Assembly: GCF_009914755.1 (NCBI RefSeq)
Contig: NC_060934.1
Strand: one strand, 5' to 3'
DNA length: 64,000 nucleotides
From: the human T2T-CHM13v2.0 reference genome, Homo sapiens
Shown here one piece after another: positions 12,940 to 30,727 of this stretch; the stretch's first letter is position 1; every line of letters begins with the position of its first letter. A program made the translations under genes and the position numbers. Below the pieces are notes generated by a model that did no database searches, was not told where the DNA came from, and saw nothing but the letters and a program-made list of their open reading frames with translations.

Positions 12940-13760
12940 CTTTGAAGAAGGAACCTGGAGATGTTCCTCTGGCAGTGACCTTTCTGGGCTCTCCTGCCAT
13001 CGGTCACGTTGCCTTCCTGGGCTTGGGGAAAATAAGGTCTCAGCTCCAGTGTGGGGCTTTGTTTCCTTCTCCAGGTGACCTCTCCCAGCTCAGCTTCGGG
13101 AAGCTGGGTGTTGGCTGCTCTCAGCAGGTTGGCCATTTGAATTCTTCCTTTCTTAGCTGTGATTTTCTGGCTTTGGGAACAGACAGGTAAAACCCAGAGC
13201 CAAGGGTTCTCCACCCTTGAGAACTGTGGCGGAAGGCGATGCTTTCAGCCCGGGAAGTCAGGAATGGCCAGGACACTGACATTCACTCCTTGAGTCTGTT
13301 TGCCACCCTCCCCTGGGAACATGGCCAGATGTGGAGTTTGCTCTTCCGGGCAGATGTCTGCTGTTGGGGTTAATCTGCTTCTGCCTCCCTGTGGGGAGTA
13401 ACTTCTGTTTACTTTGTAAAGTTTCCTTTCTTGATTCTGGGCCCCCAAAGCAAATGTATTTTTAAAGGCAAATGAGGTTTATTAAGAAGAGAGAAATGGC
13501 AGATGTCTCCGAGACTGAAGTCTCTTGATCTTGAGAGTAGGGTCTGGTCTCTGTCTCTTTACTCTAGCACATTCTTGGTCTTTCCTTTTCAAGATGAGTG
13601 CCCTTTTGTGCTTTGCACCCCATAGGTGGTTATTAAATACATGTTGATTGGTTGGTTGGCTGTTTGTCTGGTTAGAAGTGGAGAGTCAGAGCTAGGTGGA
13701 AATAGCACTTGCAACCATTGCAGCTGCTGTTGGAATGACACAGGCAAGAGATCACTTTTG

Positions 13761-14090
<330 letters not shown>

Positions 14091-14633
14091 TCATAAAATA
14101 CAACCCGGCTACATATAAATTCTAGCGGAAGATTTTATGGCACCTCTTAAAGGCCAGGTAGAAGAGAGGCAACCGAAAGTTACTCAGTAGAACAGTACAG
14201 TCCTCATTTCTTCAAGGCAGACAGCCTTAACCACCTAGAGGCTGATGGCCTGGGGAGTACTTTTCAAGTTCTGAAGCAGATTTGTCAAAGTAGCCAAAAT
14301 GGCATTTCCCTCCTGAAGATTCTTCACTACCTCGATTCTTATGAAATAGTCTAAGGAAGTTCTAAAGAAATAAGACAAGTGAATTCTATTTTCGTTACCA
14401 GAGAAATACAATCGTACTAGACGGGGCTGTAATCTGGTAACTGTATGTATTTTAGTTCTTCAGTCCCTGGGAAGGAGACAGGAGAAGGTGGGAGGGAGGA
14501 AGGGGCCAGCTGAAATGGAAACAGATCCCTGATCCGGGGCGGTCAGTGGAACCCTTCTTGGTGTGCGAGAGCCTGTGCATTTCAGAGGCAGCAAAAAAGT
14601 AAAAAAAAAAAAAAAAAATTGATCTTTGTTTAG

Positions 14634-14918
<285 letters not shown>

Positions 14919-15760
14919 AGCCCTGCTCGATGCTCACAGGGCCCCCAGCGAGAGTCCCTGCAGTCCCTTTCGACTTGCATTTTTGCAGGAGCAGTATCAT
15001 GAAGCCTAAACGCGATGGATATATGTTTTTGAAGGCAGAAAGCAAAATTATGTTTGCCACTTTGCAAAGGAGCTCACTGTGGTGTCTGTGTTCCAACCAC
15101 TGAATCTGGACCCCATCTGTGAATAAGCCATTCTGACTCATATCCCCTATTTAACAGGGTCTCTAGTGCTGTGAAAAAAAAAAATGCTGAACATTGCATA
15201 TAACTTATATTGTAAGAAATACTGTACAATGACTTTATTGCATCTGGGTAGCTGTAAGGCATGAAGGATGCCAAGAAGTTTAAGGAATATGGGAGAAATA
15301 GTGTGGAAATTAAGAAGAAACTAGGTCTGATATTCAAATGGACAAACTGCCAGTTTTGTTTCCTTTCACTGGCCACAGTTGTTTGATGCATTAAAAGAAA
15401 ATAAAAAAAAGAAAAAAGAGAAAAGAAAAAAAAAGGAAAAAGTTGTAGGCGAATCATTTGTTCAAAGCTGTTGGCCTCTGCAAAGGAAATACCAGTTCTG
15501 GGCAATCAGTGTTACCGTTCACCAGTTGCCATTGAGGGTTTCAGAGAGCCTTTTTCTAGGCCTACATGCTTTGTGAACAAGTCCCTGTAATTGTTGTTTG
15601 TATGTATAATTCAAAGCACCAAAATAAGAAAAGATGTAGATTTATTTCATCATATTATACAGACCGAACTGTTGTATAAATTTATTTACTGCTAGTCTTA
15701 AGAACTGCTTTCTTTCGTTTGTTTGTTTCAATATTTTCCTTCTCTCTCAATTTTTGGTTG

Positions 15761-15766
15761 AATAAA
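15761..15766 (+). terminator. Proximal polyadenylation signal AATAAA
   Basis: AATAAA with upstream TGTA motifs (15586-15676) and a downstream GT/T-rich element (15791-15838). Confidence 0.75.
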
Positions 15767-16068
15767 CTAGATTACATTCAGTTGGCCTAAGGTGGTTGTG
15801 CTCGGAGGGTTTCTTGTTTCTTTTCCATTTTGTTTTTGGATGATATTTATTAAATAGCTTCTAAGAGTCCGGCGGCATCTGTCTTGTCCCTATTCCTGCA
15901 GCCTGTGCTGAGGGTAGCAGTGTATGAGCTACCAGCGTGCATGTCAGCGACCCTGGCCCGACAGGCCACGTCCTGCAATCGGCCCGGCTGCCTCTTCGCC
16001 CTGTCGTGTTCTGTGTTAGTGATCACTGCCTTTAATACAGTCTGTTGGAATAATATTATAAGCATAAT

Positions 16069-16074
16069 AATAAA
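16069..16074 (+). terminator. Distal polyadenylation signal AATAAA
   Basis: AATAAA in AT-rich context at the end of the UTR-like block, with a candidate CA cleavage site near 16095. Confidence 0.8.
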
Positions 16075-17131
16075 GTGAAAATATTTTAAAACTACAAAAT
16101 GACATCGTATCCACGTGGTGGCCGAGCTCTTCTAGAATCTGGTAGCTCTAGCTAATTTCAGAGAAAGGAGTTAAAAGAAACAACTTAACAACCAGACATG
16201 TTAAGTTATTCACTAGGAACCGATGCTAACCCCAGAGAGTCAACGTCTATTTTGGGGGGAGCTGGGAATATTTGGAGTTCTACATGCGACCTGGAGGAAT
16301 TTATCCTGGGGCCGGGGTGACATCTGGGGTCCCCTAGTGAGTGGCAGTGTGTCTTCCTGCTCTCCTCCTGCCCTCGAAGGAGGACTGGGAAGATTTCCAC
16401 GCTGAGATTCCCAGGCGCAAACTGCAGCTGATGCGTTCCTCGAGGTTCTCTTTGAGATGGAAACGAGCCGGCTGCTCGTGTTCATTTCTGTTTTGCTTTT
16501 CTACTGTTGAATGAATACCACCACAGTGAAGGGATTATTGGAATGTTTTCGAAACACAAAATAACCATTTTGTAACTTCTGCTGTATAGTTTTCTTTTCC
16601 TGTGGATGGAGTGTGTAACTACAGCACACATTTAAATGAAATCTCTGTTAATCGCCTCTGCACTATCTTAGCAAATATTTTAAACCTAAAGCTAAATGTT
16701 GAAATAAAGGTGTAGAGCATTACTGAGATGCAAATGGAGCTCTCTCTGGCTCCTAATTAATGACCTACAACTCGACTGTTGTTTCCAATTACTTTTGAAA
16801 CACTGAAGGAAAGAATCACTGCTGGCTGTGGTAAACTTGGGAGGTTTTGTCATATAGTTCCAATGTCTTAAAGTTTGCCACCGCTTTGCTTCATGAACAG
16901 ATTTGAGTTAATGCCCTTTCACCTTAAGAACAGGGAGTTCAAATTCTTGACATTCTTAGGGCTGGACAAGGGGCGGGGGACACGTGGAAAAATCCCAAAC
17001 TCAGTATCTCAGCTACGTTTTGTTTTAGGTACACTTCATCCCATTCCTTCTTCAAAGAAATGTCATTTCATTGTTGTGGGCATTGATTGAACCTTCTAAG
17101 ATGTTTCTAGCAGATGATGCAACGGCTGTAA

Positions 17132-17585
<454 letters not shown>

Positions 17586-18124
17586 TAATCTAGAAAAGTA
17601 GAACAAGATTGCAGACCTAAAATATGGCTAAAAAATTTTTGAGTCGATTGTATTCCTAATTTCCAATCTGTTTCACCTCACTTTTGAAGTTGTTGTATTA
17701 GCACATCTATAGGAGAATATGGGGTTTTTTTTTTTTTTTTTTGGAAAATATCTGAGGATTTGGGTTATTTCTTTAAAACATTTAAAAAGCCAACATAATA
17801 GAAAAAATTACATATGAATTGAACAGTTCTGCTATTTATAAACTCCTCTGTAGTGCTTTTGGATTTAAGCACTTTTTTCATTTATTCAACAAATACCCAA
17901 GTGTCTAAGTTGACCTTTTTTTAAAAAAATTTTTTAAAAGACAGATCAGGAAATAGAGAAATCAAGATTCCAGTGATGTCATTCTTACGTTGTGACATTT
18001 ATATTGTTGTTCCCCTTTAAAACGAACTGCTTGAACTGTGGTGAGCTTCTCATTGGGCCTCTGGGTTAGTCCCTAAGCAGACAGGTTGTGATGGAACTAG
18101 GGTTACCCAGAGCTTGCTTTCTGA

Positions 18125-18463
<339 letters not shown>

Positions 18464-19256
18464 CTTGCTTTCTAAAGCTTTCTAAGGTCTTAAAGTTGTT
18501 TTTAAAGTGTACTCCTCATCACAAGACTTCATTTTGGTATTTCGTAAGTTTAAAAGTGTGTGAAGGGTGCAGATTCTTTCCAGATACTGCATACGTGACT
18601 CGAGTTTAGTGAAACAACTGTTCCCCAAATTCAAGCCCACAAACTCCAATGCAATCCATTGCCTGCCTTGGATATTTTCCTCCTCATGGTAAATTGTCCT
18701 ATTTACATTTTGGAGATGTAGAGATATTATTACTCCATTTTCTCTTGTTCCATTCCCCTGTCCACATCCTCAACCCCAAATCCACCCCAGAGCCATTTTT
18801 GTGATCTGCCTGGACAGAGGACATTGGTGAGCCCTCTGCAACTTCCAAGCTAAGGAGAGATTAAAAGACCAAAAGAAAACGTCTGAACAATGGCATATAA
18901 TCTTATCCATAGAACAAAAATTCTAGCCATTATCTAAATCAGCAGAGCAACACACCAACACCTTTTGCCCTTCAAAATGAAGCAAACTTCTGGAAAACAT
19001 CTTCATTTTTCTTTGTACCCTCTAGCTCAAGCAGATTTGACATCATCAGGTTTGACTTGTCCATACGCTTTGCAGAGAGCCCAGGAAGGGGAAAACCCTG
19101 GAATTCTGAGGCATTCATTGATCATTTGAACATGCTGTGACTATTGTCCTAGGAGTCTGGAAACTAGGGCTTCGTTCTTGGCTGTGCTGCCATTTAACAG
19201 GATGATGTGAGGCTCTCTGTTTGATTTCTCTGGGAGCACACTTCTTATCTATGTAG

Positions 19257-19676
<420 letters not shown>

Positions 19677-19721
19677 TGAAAAGCCTGATGGGAGAGTAGC
19701 CCATTAAAAATTCCAGATGGA

Positions 19722-20027
19722 GGCCGGGCGCGGTGGCTCACGCCTGTAATTCTAACATTTTGGGAGGCTGAGACAGGCGGATCACCTGAGGTCAGGGGTT
19801 CGAGACAAGCCTTGCCAACATGGTGAAATGCTGTCTCTACTAAAAATACAAAAATTAGCCAGGTATGGTGGTGCATGCCTGTAATTCCAGCTACTCAGGA
19901 GGCTGAGGCAGGAGAATCACTTGAAACCAGGAGGTGGAGGTTGCAGTGAGCAAGATCCCGCCACTGCACTTCAGCCTGGGCGACAGAGTGAGACTCAGTC
20001 TAAAAATAAATTAAAAAAAAAAAAAAA
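19722..20027 (+). mobile_element. Alu (S-like)
   Basis: Full Alu; TSD ATTCCAGATGG. Confidence 0.95.
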
Positions 20028-21086
20028 GATTCCAGATGGGTTGGGGGAATTTCACTTCTATCTGCCCTTAGTGCCATCTTGTGAACTGCAAATTAACTTG
20101 TATTTTATGACTGTCAACCCGGGATAGGAGTCAGCGCCTCAGTCTTAGAAGTCTGCTCTTTCTGAAATGTGTCCAGGCCCCTCTCGAGCTGAATACACAG
20201 GACTTGCTTTTCCTGCTGATTTTGGCAGCCTGGTTCATATTTCTCTCATCCATTGTGTAAAGAAATTCTGCCTGAATTGCTTACAGGCTATTCTAGGGCT
20301 ATAGCCAGAGTCCAGTCTTTTTTTTTTTTTTTTTTTCCTTGTCCTGCCTGTCTCTCTTTCTCTTTGGAGAAGGGGATCAACGGAGGAAGTGGATCAGTGC
20401 TCAGAAAAGTGGTTCCTTTTAGGATGCTCTGTTCGGATCCTGGTGTCCCCGAGTCACTTCCTGACACGCCCTTGAGCTCCGGTGCAGGGGACCCTGGTCC
20501 ATTAGCTACATTGTCTGTGGTGCATTTTTACAATCCCCTGTCATGTCTGTGTGCAGTTCGGCAGGCTGCACATTGGAGCAGGGATTTAGAGAGTGGGCCC
20601 TCTCCCCTCGCCCTTCCCTACCCCCACTGGTCTCAAGCTAAACAAAAGCCATGCCGTATAAAGCACTCATCTCATCCCTGCCTTTGGTGGCAGGGCTGGG
20701 TCCCCAGCAAGAGCCTGAAAGATGTGTAAACACCTGGAGGAGGCTTTGTGCTTGGGCCGGGGATTGTGTAACTCAGGGATGTTGTGTGGGGAATTGAGGT
20801 TCCCAGGACCAGGTCCTCATTCAGAGAACAGGTCTGAAGAGGACCCTGCTGCAGAGATGCGGGCTGCACAATGCCCAGACTACCACGTGCTCTGCAGGGA
20901 AACCAGCCAATCGGGTTTTGTTTTTTTGTTTTGAGGGGATTGGGTGTGGGCTGCCTGTGGGCATATGACATTTCTGAAAAATTAAAGTTTTGTTTTCTTC
21001 CCTTTTTTAACTAAATTATAAAATTAGTTAATAATTCATTGACCAAACTTGTAAAGTACCAAACTGTTTTTTAAAAGAAGCAGAAT

Positions 21087-21376
21087 GGTCGGTTCTGGTG
21101 GCTCTCACCTGTAATCCCAGCACTTTGGGAGGCCAAGGCGGGAGGATCACCTCAGGTCAGGAGTTCAAGACCAGCCTGGCTAACATAGTGAAACCCTGTC
21201 ACTAGTAAAAATATGAAAATTAGCTGGGTGTGGTGGTGCACGCCTACAATCCTAGCTACTCAGGAGGCTGAGGCACAAGAATCGCTTGAACTTAGGAGGC
21301 GGAGGTTGGAGTGAGCTGAAATCGCGCCACTGCACTCCAGCCTGGGCGACAGAGCGAGAGTCTGTCTCTACATACA

Positions 21377-21415
<39 letters not shown>

Positions 21416-21420
21416 AATAA
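21087..21420 (+). mobile_element. Alu (S-like) with (TAAA)n tail microsatellite
   Basis: Full Alu; tail 21376-21420 is (TAAA)n. Confidence 0.95.
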
Positions 21421-22831
21421 GAAGAAGCCGCAGAGTTTTCCTCCTTGCTGTTGAATTGGCCACGTGCAGTGCAGTCTTAGGAAGGGTTTATCCTGAATGC
21501 TGTCTTGAAACTGATGGCCTCTAGGGGCGGGGTTGGGGGAAGCTTGCGTATAGCATTTGTTTTTTTGAGGGTCATTAAAAGTTCATCTCATGAACTGGAA
21601 GGGGTCGTTAAGTAAAAGCCACCTCGTAAACTGTGGCCACCCTCTCTCTTCTTACTGTTGGGGAGTCTCTGTTCCTCTTTATTGGGTCTACTAGGCTACG
21701 ACCATGCCAAGGATAGCACAGGGACTGCTTGAGTAGTGGCAACAAGTGGCCCACACCGCCCCACAACCATCCGCAGCTTCCAAGACAGCCTCCACCCACA
21801 GTCACAGCCAACTCTGAGCAGACGCTGCCTGGCTTTCCCGCCATCGCCAACCCGATGATCCTGAGCCAGGAGCTCTGTGACTTTCCTCCACTCCAGGTAG
21901 ACCATTCCCAGGCCGGGCACATGAGCTGGCCCGTCTTTGATAAATTTGAGACCCAGGTGTGTGAAAGCATCCTGTTCTTCACTTTGAACATCTTCGGGCT
22001 CCCTTGTGCCAGAGTGACTTGAAGTGCCTTGACGCAAGATGGGCCTCCGGTGGCAAATTCTCAATTTCCTGGATTGGACTCACTCTTCTGAAAACCAGAC
22101 CTCTGGACTTCTGACAACTGCGTAGACCCATGGGGCCATCCCAGAAAGACAAGGGAATGGATTTGTTCAGTGCAACCATTGGGACTCACTCAGCCTGGAC
22201 GATGAGAGGAATCAACCTGAGAAAATGGGCTGGGAGGCTGGCATCACACAGTGCACAGAGGCTAACAAACCAAGCTTGTAACGCATCAAACCCCCGGCAA
22301 ATGACAGCAGGTGTTTCCATTGAGCACCCGCTCAGTGCTGAACTCTTTGGAGAGATTTTCTCACTTGACTCAGAAAAGCTCTGGAATGTGGGAAGATTAC
22401 TCCCCTCATTTTATGCATAGGAAAATCATGGGATAGAAAGGATAAGTAATTTGCCCCCAAACAGGAGCTCAACATAAGGAAGGGTGCCAGGTCCCTTTTG
22501 CTCCTCCCAGAATCCTGCTAGGAGCACAGTGGCCAGCAGGCAAGACCCACTCAATAGGATTGGTTGAATACATGAATGCCAGTGTTATGCTGCTTTGAAC
22601 ACAAATAGGTCCCTTTCTTGGAGGCGAAACTGAAATCACCCATCAGAAACAGTGGCTTCCAGTCTCTCCCGATTCTTGTTAGATAGCAGGTCCTGGGAAG
22701 CTGCGAGGCAGACAGGATGTGTCTGAAGACCCTCAGAGGCCTGGAGACAGACCCACAGAATGCTGAGATCTTCAGCTTCTAGGCACACTCTACTGGAATG
22801 TCCAGTCCCAGGTCTCGATGCAGTCAGCATC

Positions 22832-23200
22832 GGTTTTAGTTGCCTGTAGCTGCTGTAACAAATGGTTATTTGTTATTTCCAAATAACAAATATTATTTGT
22901 AAATAACATTTAACATGTTAACATGTAAATAACACTTGTCATTCACAAATGGTTATTTGAACTTAGTTGCCTCTGACAGCACCCACATATTCTCTTGCAG
23001 CTCTGGAGGTCAGAAGCCCGCAATCACTGTCACTGGGCTAAAGTCGTGGGGTTGGCAGGGCTGGTTCCCGTAGGAGGCTCCAGGGGGGAGAATCTGCTTC
23101 CTCGCCTTCTCTCGCCTGGAGTCGGCCTGCATTCCTCAGTGCATGGCCCTTTCCTGCCGTCGCGCCAACCTCTTGCTTCTGTTATCACATCTCCTGCTCA
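22832..23200 (-). mobile_element. MLT1-family (ERVL-MaLR) LTR fragment
   Basis: Recognisable MLT1 blocks GCTGCTGTAACAAAT, CAGCTCTGGAGGTCAGAAG, TGGCAGGGCTGGTTCC, GGAGAATCTGCTTCCT; interrupted by an AT-rich insert. Confidence 0.75.
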
Positions 23201-23830
23201 TCTTTTGTCAAAAAAGAGGAGCTGGCTGTCCTTCGCTCTGGAGAAAGATACAGCTTAGAGGTTACAGCAGGGGAAGGGCTCTTGCGGTCAGATGAGATAG
23301 GTGAAGTTGGGGAGTTTTTCTACTCTGCAGAGTTCACTAGTGAACCCCAACTGGAGATGGGGACCTCAATCTTGGCTGTATTTGCTGAGGGCATTTATCA
23401 ACTGAACTTGGCCTCACTGACTGTGGGTGTACCCGATACCAAAGTATTGGTTAAAGACATAAGAAACTGAAGAAATTCCTTTACCTAAGCCCAGGGCAGT
23501 TTTATACATGTCTTCTAATCTCAGAGTCAGGATGACTCTGGTCCCTTGGACCCCAAGGTGAGGTGAGAGTGTGATCTTTGTCATTGTGTGATGAATGTCC
23601 TGAGGTGCATTAGGGAGAGGGCTTCATGCAAGATCTCTCAGCAGGGCAGGGAGGAAAGCCCTCTTTCTATATTGCTTCTTGCTACATGGGGACTTTCTGT
23701 AATGGTGGAGTGTAGGAAAATGACAGGGACTTCTGCTATTCTGCCCCTTTTAATTGTAAAATTATAAATGAAGTCGTTTTCATGACAGCATTTCTACCCA
23801 ATGAAAGGCTCTTTTAAGAATGAAACTTCA

Positions 23831-24191
<361 letters not shown>

Positions 24192-25083
24192 TCAGCTCCC
24201 AATAAATTATACCAAGTAAGTGAGCAACTAATCCAACTACGTGTGAAGTCAACCCTTCCCTTAAGAGGTTTACAATCTCCTTGGGGTGACAAGATGTGCC
24301 TGAGAACAATTACGTCATGAATGTGGCTCTGGCTGACTGGTTGAGGAAGTGGGGACACTCACTCCCTTTCTTCTAACAGAAGACAGGAGGGCCGTGCCTC
24401 TTAATTGGATCAGGGGGCTTGGAGCTGCCACTTGGGCTCTCGAAATGTGACTGTGGGTGGCATGAAGGGATGGAACTTGGAGCTTGATTCACTTCGCTGC
24501 CGCTCTGGCCAGCACCGCACACCGTCAGTTCCATCCGAGGCTGGCTGTCCAGGCTGTTCATGACGCAGGCCCTGTTGCACGGTTTCCTTATAGAGTCCAG
24601 AGTCAGCTCACTCCTCCATTACGTCGCACATCCACAAAGGAGGGGAAGGAGAGGCAGCGGCATCGCTGCCCGCCGCACGGACGGATCACCAGCAGCTCCG
24701 ATGAAGGCGGAGGTTTTAAACTACAGTTGTGTCTAAGATGAAGTTTGGGGATTAGGTGTCTCTGCTTTCCATTACCCCAGACAGAAGTGTGCTGGCAGAA
24801 TGTCTGCCCTCGGAGCCAGCTGGCTGGCCAAAGGTGAAAGGAGAGGAGGAGAAAAAGAGGCGTCTATCAATCCACTTTTTCCATCAGCACGGTCCTCTAA
24901 GGTAGACTGCTGGCCTCTCTGTCACGCCCCCGGAAACTGAAGCTCTGGGATGTGTCGGAGTTACCCAAGGACACAGAAAGCCTTGTCCCCAAGGGCCTGT
25001 CCTAGATTGTGAGACTGTTGGTATATCTGCTCTCAGCGCTAACAATAAAAAATAGAAAAGAAAAGCCCACAGTGTAAGTCTTA

Positions 25084-25812
<729 letters not shown>

Positions 25813-26409
25813 TTAATCAGTGGCTGTTGGCCAGGGAGGCCAAAACCTACCAGCAAATAAATGCGTTTAAGATGTTAGGGAGTGACCAAAGAGGAATATG
25901 TATGCAGAGACCTGGAAAATATGAAACCAGTTAAGAACTCAAAGGTCATTTTGTTCAGGGCAAAATTCTTGTGCATGGTGCTGACAGTTTGCCCTCTGGG
26001 TGTTTTCAGAGCTTAAAGGATCAAACTTGTCCACATGAAATATGAAATGTCTAATACAGAAACCCCACGTACCCCGTCAGACCAACCTTTTTGCCCTGTA
26101 ATTACCATGGCTCCAGCTTCACGTTGGATCCCACCCTATCTATTGCTCTTGCATAAGCGTGGCCTGGCTGAACATCTAGAGGACCCTTTAAAGAAGTCTT
26201 AGGTAATTAAACAAAACAGAATACTTAACAGTCTATGCAAAGGAGGGGGAGGATTATCCTTCTCCGTATCTGAGATGGGTTCCCAGTGATCCAGTGATAA
26301 TGCAATTTTGCCACAATGCAGAAATCTCACCAAGGCTTCTGATGTCACTGTCAAAGTGGACTGCTGTGCTAAGAGGGGGATGAACTTGATCTTCCTCTTT
26401 CTTGCTTGC

Positions 26410-26688
26410 TTTTTTTTTTTTTCTGGAGACAGTCTGGAGTGCAGTGGTGTGATCACAGCTCACTGCAGCCTTGACCTTCCAGGCTCAAGCAATCGTCTCC
26501 CCTCAGCCTCCTGAGTAGCTGGAACCACAGATGCTCACACTACGCCTGGCTAATTTTTAAGTTCTTTTTATCGAGACAAGGTCTTGCTGTGTTGCCCAGG
26601 CTGGTCTCAAACTCCTGGGCTTAAGTGATCTTCCCTCCTCGGCCTCCCAAAGTGCTGGGATTACAGGCATGAGCCTCTGTGCCTGGCT
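26410..26688 (-). mobile_element. AluJ-like
   Basis: Reverse Alu with GATCACAGCTCACTGCAGCC and CTCCTGGGCTTAAGTGATC. Confidence 0.9.
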
Positions 26689-26789
26689 GATCTTCCCTTT
26701 TTTACCAAATTGGTTATTTTCCTGCAGGTGGACAGGGTAGTGTAGGCACTTATGTTGTGGAATGGAGACTTTAAGAACCATGAGTTTTG

Positions 26790-27326
<537 letters not shown>

Positions 27327-27901
27327 TCAACTGATCCTTACCCCTCAGAATAAACCTGAGCTGTTCCAAGTCCTGCTCCACGCTAAGTCTGAGCTGATAC
27401 ATTCTTTTGAGCTAAGGTATTGATGACTCTTAATGGCTTAATGTTATCCTTCTTTGTTGAGCTTTGCATGTAAAAGAAGCCTTTAATGCCTTCAAACTTA
27501 TAGCAAGCAAGTGAATCCTGTGGGAATTCTGGGCACCAGGGGAGATACAATAGTATTGGGCAGAGATGTCTTTCAACACCTAGCAGAGTGTAATTTGTCG
27601 AATAATAATTGTCAGCTGATGTGCAGGGTGACCAGCAAGTCTGGAAACACAGAAGTGATTTTATCACATAAGGAAATTAATATCAGTACAGCATTTCTGC
27701 ATCCCCTGATGTTTCTAGATGTAGTGGCCACCCTGAATTCTGAGCGTTTACCATGTGCTATCATAAGTGCTCTCACTTAATCTTCCCAACAATCCTACGA
27801 TGTAAGTATTATTATTTATCATCCCTGTTTTACATATGAGGACAAAGAGGCTTAGGGAAGCTAAGTTGAGTAATTAACTCATCGCTGGACTGCAGCTTTG
27901 A

Positions 27902-28225
<324 letters not shown>

Positions 28226-28495
28226 ACTACCTTTACTTTCTACTGAGGGAGGCCATCCCTCCTCAACCTCAAATAGAAACTGAAAAAGGAGCCTGAGGCC
28301 CTGTGTCCCCAGGCTTCTGGATTTCCATAGAGTATTTTCCATTGGTCCTTTCTGCTGAGTGGTTGCCTTGCAGTTTCTCCCTTGTAAGGCAGCATGACCA
28401 TTAAACCCTTCATCCCAAGAGGTTATTTGCCCAACATTGCAAGCAAATCAGCACTGGGTGAAAACTCACAGCCACAGGTGCTCAGGCCTGGGCGT

Positions 28496-28820
28496 CCTCC
28501 TGAGTACCTGGGACTGCAGGCATGCACCACTATGCCCGGCTGACTTTTTGTAGAGACAAGGTCTCGATATGTTGCCCAGGCTGGTCTCTAAGTCCTGGGC
28601 TTAAGTGATCTTCCTGCCTTGGCTTCCAAAAGTGCTGGGATTACAGGTGTGAGCCACCGCACCCGCTTGATCTTCCCTCTTTACAAAATTGGTTATTTTC
28701 CTATAGGCACTTACGTGTGGGATGATGACTTTAAGAACCATGAGTTTTACCAAGAGATGGATTGTGAAGAGGCAATAACTTGGGGAATGTTCTTGGCAGA
28801 AGTAGGTTAAGTTTAGATTT
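28496..28820. repeat. Diverged direct duplicate of 26507-27190 (partial AluJ plus unique flank)
   Basis: Shared non-Alu blocks AAATTGGTTATTTTCCT, TAGGCACTTA, GACTTTAAGAACCATGAGTTTT, CCAAGAGATGGATTGTGAAGAGGC. Confidence 0.9.
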
Positions 28821-28888
28821 GATCTCTTGTTGGTCATTAATAGGCTTGAGGAGCCTAGCATCATCTCCAATTTGGAAGCTCTGGTTTA

Positions 28889-29529
<641 letters not shown>

Positions 29530-30113
29530 ATCCCCTTCTAACGCTGAAGGAGGATGTGGTTTCCTATTGGACAGACTGCAGGGAGTGGCCATTTCCTTTC
29601 AGACTGCCTGCCTGCCCACACACTTAAGCACATAACGGATTTCAGGCCCCACGTGGAGGCTTGCTACCCTGAATTAGGTCTAGGCTGGTAAAACTCAAAC
29701 CAAACTAATCACAAAACACTTCGTCCCATAAAAGAACCCTCTTTTTATGACGGAGAAATTAACCAGTGTTGAGCAGTGGAGGGTAGGGAAACTGCCATAA
29801 GATATAATTATAACCATAATAATATTAATAGAGGTACACTCTGCATGCCTCTTGCCTTTCGTTCCAGATCTGAGAGTGGCTGACTGGTTAATTAATGTTA
29901 GCGAGCATGATTGGCCCTGTTGGAACTGTACATGGATCTAGAAAAAGAAGCAGCAATGTTTTGTTTGTCTGTTTTTCACTGCGAACCCCATCCTACTTTC
30001 TCTGTCTTGGGGAGTGGAAGTGGTGGGCTTAGCCTTGCTCACTCCCCCTTTTGGAGGTTGAACAGAATTAATATGCAGACAGAAGTTTTTTTGAAAATTT
30101 AAATTTAAATTTA

Positions 30114-30727
<614 letters not shown>

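Larger units (their letters stand above)
14919..16097 (+). other. GATA3: GATA3 3' UTR
   Basis: Follows the stop codon; repeat-free, AU/U-rich tracts, several miRNA seed matches, ends about 20 nt after AATAAA 16069-16074. Confidence 0.9.

Noticed and set aside
15390-15441. ATTAAA/AATAAA at 15390-15405 as a poly(A) signal
   Set aside because: Embedded in a long A-rich tract; apparent 3' ends here are more likely internal priming.
21608-22420. Cluster of overlapping 96-127 aa ORFs in unique sequence, considered as a small gene or processed pseudogene
   Set aside because: No recognisable protein family, poly(A) tail or TSD; ORFs on both strands are consistent with chance.
22911-22930. p53-family response element (two CATG cores)
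   Set aside because: Cores are 8 bp apart, not the 10 bp of tandem RRRCWWGYYY half-sites.
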